From: Verrucomicrobiia bacterium
GTDB lineage: Bacteria; Verrucomicrobiota; Verrucomicrobiia; Limisphaerales; UBA11358
Direction of reading: 5' to 3'
NCBI GenBank assembly: GCA_030038175.1
Contig: JASHPN010000176.1
Location: 1-46,916, forward strand
Length of the DNA: 46,916 bases
The position numbers and the translations under genes were made by a program. The first letter of the stretch is position 1. Each line of letters opens with the position of its first letter. Below the pieces are notes generated by a model. It did no database searches, was not told where the DNA came from, and was given only the letters and a program-made list of their open reading frames with translations. Positions 25,038-33,173 of this stretch are shown piece by piece.

Positions 25038-28000
25038 CTAATTCTCCCTGATCCGGAAGAACTGTTGGCGGTTGGTGATCGGGACGGCGTAAGGCGGGGG
25101 AATGTTGCTCAGGTCGAGGTAGGGGCCGGTTACATTGGTGGCGGTTTGCAGGACGCCGTAATTCCACGTCAAAACTTTACCGCTTGTGCCGTTGGTGAAC
25201 ATCAACCCGGCCGGCGGAGGGGTCAGGACAAAAGTGGTGACGGATTGCGCGGGAATGACGGAAGTGAATTGTTGGTTGCTAATCGTCGTTGTCGGCAGCG
25301 CCATCATATCGCCGTTCGGTGAAGTTTGGCTGGCCGCAACTTGTTGCCAGGGAGCGGAGCCAAAGTCGCTCAAATTGTAAGTGACGCTAAAACCGCTGCT
25401 GTTCGTATTGACCACGACGAGCACCAGCGACAGATTTGTCGGGTTGTAGGCGGCCAGGGTGTAAGGATCATTGACGGAGATGATTTCGCAGCCGGGCCGG
25501 ACGAACTCGCTGAATTGCCCCATGGCATAAAATTTTTCGTAGGTAAGGTAACTCGTCGAATACCCGGGATCGCCGGGGCCCGCAAGGCCATTGTAAAGGA
25601 ATGCATTGCCGGCGTCGCTGTTTACGGCCATCCAATAAACCCAGGCCTGGAGGTCCATGCCGGTAATGTCATCATGAATATGCTGGGCCATCGTCAGGCC
25701 GGTGCTGTCGCTGTCGCCATATTCGGCGACCCAGAGCGGTTTCTTCTGTGACGCCGCCTCGGCTCGCAAATTGGCCGGATCGTTTTGGATGTAGCTGTGC
25801 GTTGAGAAAAGCGACAGATCGCTGAGCGTGCCGGCGGAGTATTCGGTCAGATCGTTGTAGGCTTCGTATTCATCGTAATCTCCGGGACCGTCAATGCCAG
25901 TGGGGATCGCGTCATTAGTGAGTTGCGTGTATAAATCGGCGATGACCCGCTGTTGTTGGTCGTTGCTCATGTGACAGGTTTCGTATCCGTTGGTCTCCTG
26001 GCCGACGGTGCCCAGGGACGGCTCATTCATCGGGATGACGTAATTGAAATGGTCGCCGTCCAGCGCGGTGAGGTTGCTGACGACAGTGGCCAGATAAATG
26101 GCGAAGTTCGTCTCACAGTCGGTTTGGAGATTGTTGGTGCCCGACATGTTGCCATCTACGTTGCTGCTGACGCACATCCACCAGGGCGCCGATACGGCGA
26201 ACGCTTCCACGAGATTGGCACCGTTTGCCTCCGCCTGCTGCAATACCCAGCGCTGGTTTGGGTCCGCGTTCCAGTTCCAAAGGCCGTTGGTCAGCTCAAA
26301 TCCCTGCATCATCGCCTTGTAAGGCGTATTGGGATTATCAACAGAAGGGTTTTGGCCGGCGCCGATTTCGTAGCGGACCACGTTCAACTTGAGCGTATTA
26401 AAAATCAGGTTGATATAATTCGTGCGATTCGGATATCCGCCCACGACATTGGCCCACCACTGGAGGCTGGTGCCCCAGCCCTGAAAATTCGTCACGAGAA
26501 TCGAGCCGGGATTGACCGTGGCTGTGTAATTGGTAACGACGTTGAGGTTGACATAAAAATCGGTTGAGCCGTAGGCGTTGGTCACGGTCAATTCCAATTG
26601 GTCGTTATTCCAACTGGCGGGGACATTGGGAACGGTGATGCTTGCGCTGAGTGGCGCCATTACGTTGGTCGCACCCGCGGCAACGTTGGTGCCGGCATTT
26701 ACGTCGGTCCAATAGTAACCCAACGGGCCCGAGCCAAAGGCCGCCGCGGGAATCGTCAGCGGCATGCCCGGCTGAATCACGGTGTTGGTTTGGGGCAGTG
26801 GCGCGAGGAGATAGGGCGGAACGCCGCCGGGCGCCACTTGAGACAGCGTCAGGTAATTCCATTGGAGATCACCGGGCGTGGTCAAGGTGTTTTGGGTAAT
26901 TCCAACGGCTCCGATTGGCGGGTTCGCGGGATAAGGATAGTTCGTCCCGGCTTGAACGCCGTCAACGTAGCAGGACATCACCCATTGATTGCTCGTGGTA
27001 TCCAATACAACCTGCACCGTATGGGTCCCGGCGCCGGCAGTGAAGAAGCTATTCTGGCTGATGAGTTGATTCGCCCCGCCCGCGCCCGCAAAATCCTGCA
27101 CGTTTCCGCTGGATTCAGTCAGGATGATCCAGTCATAACCATTTGGACCGTCCTGCGGCGGGGTGCTGCCGCCGTCGGAGAACCGCCCGTAGCCAACTGC
27201 CGCGTTGAGCGGGACTCGTTGTGCGAAGCCCAGACCCACCCAGTTGCCTGGATTGCCGCTGAACGTCAGCGAAGCGGTCAACGTATAGACGTAACCGGCG
27301 TGCGGCGTAAACGGCAAAATCCAGCTATCGGGCGCCGTGCTCGCGTCATAGCCGTTGGCCAACATGGCGCCGGTATCATTGGTTCCCAACGCGTCAGTCC
27401 AGGTGGTATTGGTGCCGCCGACCAAACTGTTGGCTGCCGTTGCTGGCGTGCCGCCAATCGTGACCGCCTCGCCGTTGAAGCCGTTGGAATAAAGAATGGG
27501 GTTGGTATAACTCAACGCAATCGGCGGCGGAGGGGGAGCGGATAAAGTGACAAACCAATTCGTGGAACCGCCGGAGTTGGTGACGACCAGTTCCAGGGCG
27601 TCACCCCATGAATTGGTGGTGAGTCCCGACCAGGTCAGGGTGGCGTTGAGATCTGCCGCGACGTTAGTTGCGCCCGACCCGATGACCGTTCCGACGTTCA
27701 GGTTGGTCCAGTAATAACCGATCGGCGGCGAGCCGAAAGCTATTGCGGAGATCGTGAGCGTGGTGTTGGTCGCGGTGACCACAAAATTAGTGACTGGCAA
27801 TGGAGGAAGAAAATAGGGCGCTACGGCATTGCCGGGCACCTGATAGAGGCTGGCCACCTGGGCCGGAGTGAGGGCGTAGTTGAAGACGGCCACGTCATTG
27901 ATGTTGCCGTAGAACTGATAGTTATAATTCCCTGTTTGGGCGCCCATCCTCGAGCCGATGCTCATCAGGCTTGGCTGGCCCAGCGCCGCGTTGGTGGCTG

Positions 28001-29963
28001 TCCAGATGCCGCTTCCCGACGCGATCGGCGTCGTGCCCACCAGAGATCCATCCACGTAAAGGCTCAGCGTTTGGTTGGAAATTTCGTCCACGACTCCCAC
28101 CACTTCGTACCAGGGTGTAATGCTGGTTGACCCGATGGAACTGAGCAGGGAGATGGAGGTATTGATCGTGTGAAGGGCGCCGGCGGCGTCACGCGCGAAA
28201 AATCGGAGGTCATGGGCCGGATCGTTGGCGCCGGTATCGAGATCGAATTGCTCGCCGCCTCCACCCCAGCCCAGCGTTATGATGCCGGCGTCGTAGCTTT
28301 GCGCGTATCCGGCCACCCAGGCCTCCACGGTAAACGCGGCGCTGGTGTTGGTGGCAAAATTGATGCCCGCGATTGAATTGGCGTCACTGTCGCCGTTATC
28401 ACCATTCTCGTCCACTTCGCCGAATTGCACTGACGTTTCCAACGGATCGTTGGTCGGGTTATAACCGGGCCAGCCTAGAGACATATTGGTATAAATGCCG
28501 TCATTGCCGCCCGCGTAATCGTGGCAAATGGATCCATCGTTGGGCCCGGTTTCGCCGCCGCAGCAATCCGGTTCGTTCAACCGCCAGTAGCCGATGGGAT
28601 CGAGCGCGAGAACCGCTTGCGGGAAGGACGCCATGGGCGCTTGAGTATATATGACTGACCAGGTATTGGTTGCCGCGCCTGCGGAATTCGTCGCAATGCA
28701 CGTGAAATTGGTTGGACTGCTCAATGGGCAATTCGTAAACGTCAAACCCGTATTGGTCGCTCCGCCCATGGCCACGCCGTTGGTCAGCCACTGATAATGA
28801 ATTGGCGCCGCCCCCGCCGCGATCACCGAGAATGTCGGAGAGGAACCGGGATAATTCGTACCCTCAACATTTGTCCCTCCAAACAAGGTGATGAGATTGG
28901 CATAAGCGATGGGAAGCAGGCTCGTGAAGGACGGGGCGGCGTAAACCATCAGGCTGGCCGGGGAGCTTGTCACCGCGCCGTAGGCATTCGTCACGACCAC
29001 ATAATAATTGGTCTCCGCATTGGCAGTTGACACATTTGGAATAATCAGTGACGCATTGGTGGCGTTGGCGAGGGGAACACCGTTGGTGTACCACTGATAG
29101 AAAAAGGGCTGAGAGCCGCCGGCCACGACTGTGTTTGTCCAGGAAGAGCCCTGGTTGGCGCTCTCCGATGCCGGTTGTTGTAGAATCAACAATTGATTGG
29201 CGGAAAGTGAAAGGGAGTTCCAGTGGATATCAGCGGGAGTAGTTTGGGTAGTTTGGGTAATTCCGACCGCGGAGAGTGTCTCGGCAGAGGCATACGCCGC
29301 ATCGTTTGTTCCGGCTTGAACGCCGTCAACAAAACAAGCGATCACCCAGGGCAAGCGGGTCGTATCCAGGATAAGCTTCATGGTGTGCGTTCCCGGGCCG
29401 GCGGTAAAAAAGCCATTCTGGCTGATCAGTTGCCCATTTCCGCCCGACCCGACAAACCATTGCAGGTTTCCGCTTGATTCTGTCAGGATCGCCCAATCAT
29501 AACCAGCGACACTGTCGGAGAAGCGCGCGTGGCCTAAAGTATAAATTGCGTAGTTTTGGGCGAAACCGGCGCCAACCCAACTGCCTGGATTACCGGCGAA
29601 GCTCACCGAAGCCACAAATGTGTAAACATGATTGGTTTGCGGCCGAAATGGCAAAACGACGCTGTCTCCCTCCGCGGTGCCGACGCTGCCGTTCGCATAG
29701 AACGCGTTGGTGTCAGCGGTTCCCAACGCATCGAGCCAAACCGCGTTATTGCTGCCGCCGAAGAGGCTAACCGCGTAATCAGGCGGGGTGTTCGATATGT
29801 TCACCGCCGCCCCGTCAAAGCCGTTGGAATAAATGAGCGTCGCCCCCGCCAGGGAGTTGGTATAGGAATAGTTGCTGACTTGCGCCTTTCCGATCGAGCA
29901 GAAAAGTGCCGACAATAATATGGCCAAAGAACTGAATATGGAGCTAACGTGGATTTTTCCCAT
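25038..29963 (-). CDS. Large secreted multidomain glycoside hydrolase: duplicated unknown beta domain, Ig-like repeats, LamG/ConA domain, GH30 domain (endo-beta-1,6-galactanase-like)
   Basis: Signal peptide; YQW.TNG Ig-like units; PIGYWRLNE...FTVEAWV...LYVDG...INDVAVFNYALT LamG; GWGTSLQWWAN, MNEP acid/base, WVAEYG nucleophile, SVTTFV end; C-terminal QQFFRI. Confidence 0.85.
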   Translation of the reverse strand: MGKIHVSSIFSSLAILLSALFCSIGKAQVSNYSYTNSLAGATLIYSNGFDGAAVNISNTPPDYAVSLFGGSNNAVWLDALGTADTNAFYANGSVGTAEGDSVVLPFRPQTNHVYTFVASVSFAGNPGSWVGAGFAQNYAIYTLGHARFSDSVAGYDWAILTESSGNLQWFVGSGGNGQLISQNGFFTAGPGTHTMKLILDTTRLPWVIACFVDGVQAGTNDAAYASAETLSAVGITQTTQTTPADIHWNSLSLSANQLLILQQPASESANQGSSWTNTVVAGGSQPFFYQWYTNGVPLANATNASLIIPNVSTANAETNYYVVVTNAYGAVTSSPASLMVYAAPSFTSLLPIAYANLITLFGGTNVEGTNYPGSSPTFSVIAAGAAPIHYQWLTNGVAMGGATNTGLTFTNCPLSSPTNFTCIATNSAGAATNTWSVIYTQAPMASFPQAVLALDPIGYWRLNEPDCCGGETGPNDGSICHDYAGGNDGIYTNMSLGWPGYNPTNDPLETSVQFGEVDENGDNGDSDANSIAGINFATNTSAAFTVEAWVAGYAQSYDAGIITLGWGGGGEQFDLDTGANDPAHDLRFFARDAAGALHTINTSISLLSSIGSTSITPWYEVVGVVDEISNQTLSLYVDGSLVGTTPIASGSGIWTATNAALGQPSLMSIGSRMGAQTGNYNYQFYGNINDVAVFNYALTPAQVASLYQVPGNAVAPYFLPPLPVTNFVVTATNTTLTISAIAFGSPPIGYYWTNLNVGTVIGSGATNVAADLNATLTWSGLTTNSWGDALELVVTNSGGSTNWFVTLSAPPPPPIALSYTNPILYSNGFNGEAVTIGGTPATAANSLVGGTNTTWTDALGTNDTGAMLANGYDASTAPDSWILPFTPHAGYVYTLTASLTFSGNPGNWVGLGFAQRVPLNAAVGYGRFSDGGSTPPQDGPNGYDWIILTESSGNVQDFAGAGGANQLISQNSFFTAGAGTHTVQVVLDTTSNQWVMSCYVDGVQAGTNYPYPANPPIGAVGITQNTLTTPGDLQWNYLTLSQVAPGGVPPYLLAPLPQTNTVIQPGMPLTIPAAAFGSGPLGYYWTDVNAGTNVAAGATNVMAPLSASITVPNVPASWNNDQLELTVTNAYGSTDFYVNLNVVTNYTATVNPGSILVTNFQGWGTSLQWWANVVGGYPNRTNYINLIFNTLKLNVVRYEIGAGQNPSVDNPNTPYKAMMQGFELTNGLWNWNADPNQRWVLQQAEANGANLVEAFAVSAPWWMCVSSNVDGNMSGTNNLQTDCETNFAIYLATVVSNLTALDGDHFNYVIPMNEPSLGTVGQETNGYETCHMSNDQQQRVIADLYTQLTNDAIPTGIDGPGDYDEYEAYNDLTEYSAGTLSDLSLFSTHSYIQNDPANLRAEAASQKKPLWVAEYGDSDSTGLTMAQHIHDDITGMDLQAWVYWMAVNSDAGNAFLYNGLAGPGDPGYSTSYLTYEKFYAMGQFSEFVRPGCEIISVNDPYTLAAYNPTNLSLVLVVVNTNSSGFSVTYNLSDFGSAPWQQVAASQTSPNGDMMALPTTTISNQQFTSVIPAQSVTTFVLTPPPAGLMFTNGTSGKVLTWNYGVLQTATNVTGPYLDLSNIPPPYAVPITNRQQFFRIREN

Positions 29964-30094
29964 GATGAGTAGCGATCGGTATAGATTTCACGGGTTAATT
30001 TAGGGCACTGACTGCCCAAGGGACATCGCCTGTTTGGGCGAGTTTTGACCAACCCTTGCAGGGTTTTGAGTCAGCGGCGGTGCCAAATGCATTA

Positions 30095-30535
30095 TTAGAC
30101 AGTTCGTCGGAACCAATCGAATTCCGACCTGGACTCAAACCGCCACTTCATGTCAGGAAAATTTGTCGCCATAAAGTTTCGCATGTGCTCTCCAAAATCA
30201 TGCGATATGTCATTGCAATATGGCTGCGGAACGATCCACATAAATGCTGAACCACCTTTCACCCAGTCGCCAACCCAATGGGTCATATAGAGCGTATGGC
30301 CGACCGGCTTTACCCACGCCGTTGTATAATATGCACCGCTTGGCGGTGGGTAGCCGCTCTCAAATTTCAGCCCCTGCCTCACATACTCCGCCTCAAGTGT
30401 CTTGCAAACGGCGACTGCATTCTCGTTGTTGCCAGCTTTGACACCGCCGGTATAGACTAATGCTGTCCTACAGCCGCAAGGGGTCATCAACAGAATCAGT
30501 CCCGCTGGCAACCCTATCATTCGTAAAACTTTCAT
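30095..30535 (-). CDS. Hypothetical exported protein, possibly a lipoprotein
   Basis: Hydrophobic N-terminus ending in CGC; appears lower in GC than neighbours; starts 28 nt after the radical SAM stop; no recognised family. Confidence 0.5.
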   Translation of the reverse strand: MKVLRMIGLPAGLILLMTPCGCRTALVYTGGVKAGNNENAVAVCKTLEAEYVRQGLKFESGYPPPSGAYYTTAWVKPVGHTLYMTHWVGDWVKGGSAFMWIVPQPYCNDISHDFGEHMRNFMATNFPDMKWRFESRSEFDWFRRTV

Positions 30536-30563
30536 GTGTTCGATGTGGCCGACCTGACATCAT

Positions 30564-31910
30564 TCACGCCGCCAGCGCATTGGGCTGCGCTTGGCGACCG
30601 AAATTGGGCGAATGGCGCAGCATGTGCTTGAACCTCGACCGGCGTTGGCGCGTTTCTTCGGCGGAATAAAGCTGTTTGGTGAGCCGGACAAATCCGGTTT
30701 GCAGGTCTTCGACGCTCATGTCTTTGGGTTGAAAATTGATGTCAAACAGCGTGCAAAGTTCCCATGCGCGGTCGCGGAGGATGCGGCCTTCGCTTTTGAG
30801 CCGCGCATAAAGCGGCGTGCCGGGAAACGCGGTCAGGTACGTGATTTGAACTTCGTACAGGCCGGAATCGCGCACAAATTCCAGAGTTTCGTCGAACACC
30901 TCCGGCGTGTCGCCATCGAGGCCGAAGATGAAACAGCCGTTCACGGTAATGCCGTAGGATTGAATCCTGGCAATGGCGTCTTTGTAAAAGTCCCGTTGGC
31001 GCGATTTCCAGTCGCTCTTCATTTCGACGCCGTGCAGGCTGGTTGGGCGCTGGCTTTCCAGGCCGATGAGGACCTGCTGGCAGCCGGAATCCCGTATGAG
31101 CGCGAGTAATTCTTCGTCCTGCGCCACACGCACGTCGGCTTCGGTGAACCAGCGCACGTTTTCTTTGGCCAATTTGCGCAGGAGACCTTTATAATGCGAG
31201 CGGTCCGCAAAGCTATTGTCGTCGGCAAATTCAATGAATGGTTTGGGCCAAATGCGTTTGATGGCCTGGATTTCCTGGATGACTTTGACGACGGGTTTCA
31301 CCTTATAACGCCGGGTCAACAGGATCGAACTGGCGCAAAATTCGCACCGATGCGGGCAACCGCGGCTGGTTTGCACGGTCAGGCGATTGTATTTGGACGG
31401 GTCCAGCAGGCCAAAGCGCGGCATTGCTGTCTGTGAAAGATCCACCTCCTGCGTGCCGCGGTAAACAGGTTTTAATCGGCCCAACTCGAAATCGTGGAGC
31501 AATTCCGGCCAAACATATTCACCCTCGCCAACGACAATGCTGGTGCAATGCTCGAGGGATTCCGTTTGCAACGCCGATACCGTGATGCCGCCCATGACCA
31601 CCGGGATGTTTCGGGAACGGTAATAATCGGCGACATGGCAGGCTTCGAGGAATTGAGCCGTGAACGTGCTGATGGCCACCAGGTCGAAGTCCACAGGCAA
31701 TTCGGGCAATTTTTTGAGGTCGGAGATTTCGTGATAAGAAACATCGAAGTGGTCCGGGGTATGTCCGGCCAGCGTCAGTAAGCCGAGGCTCGGCAGCGAG
31801 GCGATGATTCTGTTCCGGTCCACGAAACCGGGGAGGGTGAGGCCGAGGCGCGTGAGTTCCTCGTTGCGTGCGCGCACGCCGCTCATAGCAATCAGACCAA
31901 TGCGTTTCAT
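30564..31910 (-). CDS. B12-binding domain radical SAM protein
   Basis: PSLGLLTLA / DLVAIS / VVMGG cobalamin-binding region; QTSRGCPHRCEFC; FADDN; GLES; FIFGLDGD; FPGTPLY. Confidence 0.92.
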   Translation of the reverse strand: MKRIGLIAMSGVRARNEELTRLGLTLPGFVDRNRIIASLPSLGLLTLAGHTPDHFDVSYHEISDLKKLPELPVDFDLVAISTFTAQFLEACHVADYYRSRNIPVVMGGITVSALQTESLEHCTSIVVGEGEYVWPELLHDFELGRLKPVYRGTQEVDLSQTAMPRFGLLDPSKYNRLTVQTSRGCPHRCEFCASSILLTRRYKVKPVVKVIQEIQAIKRIWPKPFIEFADDNSFADRSHYKGLLRKLAKENVRWFTEADVRVAQDEELLALIRDSGCQQVLIGLESQRPTSLHGVEMKSDWKSRQRDFYKDAIARIQSYGITVNGCFIFGLDGDTPEVFDETLEFVRDSGLYEVQITYLTAFPGTPLYARLKSEGRILRDRAWELCTLFDINFQPKDMSVEDLQTGFVRLTKQLYSAEETRQRRSRFKHMLRHSPNFGRQAQPNALAA

Positions 31911-31911
31911 A

Positions 31912-32289
31912 TTATATTAGAATTAATGTAAAGACTGCCGCGGTAATCAGGCTCAGGACCGGCACCGCAAAGAGCAGATGCGCTTTGGGACAATGCGCCA
32001 TGATAAGGCAACAGATCGGCATGGTGATACCGCCGACGATAAAGGACGCGGACGCCAACTCTACAAGGGGGCCGTTAAGAGAAAGGAGGAGGATGGTGCC
32101 CCAAAACAGGAGGTTGACGGTGCCGAGGCCGAAGAACGAGATATGGCCCAGGCGATACATGCGGCGCATGAAACTGCCATAACCGCCCAGCCAGTTTTCG
32201 CCATGGAAAAACATTCCCATGACCATGCCGGTGACGAAGCCGAGCAAAATCCAAAGCCAGCCAAACAGGAGATTGATTCCCGCGTGCAT
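31912..32289 (-). CDS. Small four-TM hypothetical membrane protein
   Basis: Four hydrophobic segments, WLGGYGS..RRMYRLGHISFFGLG; stop lies 1 nt before the radical SAM ATG. Confidence 0.75.
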   Translation of the reverse strand: MHAGINLLFGWLWILLGFVTGMVMGMFFHGENWLGGYGSFMRRMYRLGHISFFGLGTVNLLFWGTILLLSLNGPLVELASASFIVGGITMPICCLIMAHCPKAHLLFAVPVLSLITAAVFTLILI

Positions 32290-32375
32290 GTCATGCTTCT
32301 ACCACGGGAACTCTCGAGCCAATGAATTGATAAAATTTCGCGGGGCATTGAAATTCTGAATGGAGAGGCTTGTTT

Positions 32376-32512
32376 GAACCGCGAAATACGCGAATGGATT
32401 GTTGACAGGAGGGCGCGAGTTTCGGATTATTCGCCCGGCGATCCTTGATGCAATACGCAATACGGAACACTTGCCACCGAGAACCAACAATCCAATAATC
32501 CGTTAATCCAAT
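32376..32512. repeat. Intergenic mosaic of short tandem repeats
   Basis: cgcgaaata cgcgaat (9-mer); atccttg atgcaat acgcaat acggaac (7-mer); caatccaa taatccgt taatccaa (8-mer). Confidence 0.55.
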
Positions 32513-32519
32513 CTCTGCC

Positions 32520-32909
32520 CTACGCCGCTTTGACCTTGGGGCGGCCAAACGCCTTCAATGTTTCCAGGGAAATAAAACGATTCGGTCCGTCATCGAACGC
32601 CAGGCCGATATTGTGCATGGTCCGGGCGCCAATCACGACGGGATCGCCCGGCTCGGCAAAAACCACATCAGCCGTCGTCTCGTGGCCGTTGGCATTGAGA
32701 ATGGCACAACCCGTGTCGCGTTTGAGAGGCTTGCCATTCGGCCCGGGCAGAAGCTGTTTAAACCGTGGCGTCACGCCGATGTCGCGCAAACGCTCCGCCG
32801 GCAGCCAGGTCAATTCCGAGCCGGTGTCCACCAGCGCTTCCAGAAGTATCATGTTCCGCCCCTCGTCCTTCGGGCTGCGGGCCGCAATTTGGATTTTGAA
32901 TATGCTCAT
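32520..32909 (-). CDS. Clan AA (retropepsin-like) aspartic protease
   Basis: ALVDTGSELTWLP catalytic DTG; VVFAEPGDPVVIGA. Confidence 0.82.
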   Translation of the reverse strand: MSIFKIQIAARSPKDEGRNMILLEALVDTGSELTWLPAERLRDIGVTPRFKQLLPGPNGKPLKRDTGCAILNANGHETTADVVFAEPGDPVVIGARTMHNIGLAFDDGPNRFISLETLKAFGRPKVKAA

Positions 32910-33173
32910 TTGGAACAAGGCGATGATTCAAGTGACAGTTTCACTGAGCCTAATATAAAACAGAAGTTTCTGGACTCAATCGGGACCGCCCCCAAAAGCC
33001 CTATTTTGTCCGATTTTGCACTAGACATGTCCCGGGACTGTGTCCCAGGAGTGTAACTCTGAAACAGAAAATGCACTGGGCCCACGAAAGATATGAGAGA
33101 AGGCCGCAAGGGAAACGTGCGACAAAATGGACTTGAAGTTATGCCGAATGGCGGGAGAATCACACAAAACGCG

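Noticed and set aside
30001-30060. Hairpins upstream of the GH30 gene resembling a c-di-GMP riboswitch
   Set aside because: Lacks the GAAA tetraloop and GCAAAG core; only short stems. An Infernal/Rfam scan would settle it
32520-32909. Retroelement origin for the retropepsin-like protease
   Set aside because: No RT, integrase or LTR-like sequence; stand-alone clan AA proteases are common in bacteria
33024-33048. Palindromes gacatgtc / gtcccgggac in the protease-GH127 divergent spacer as an operator
   Set aside because: Short, single occurrence, no regulator nearby; could be chance
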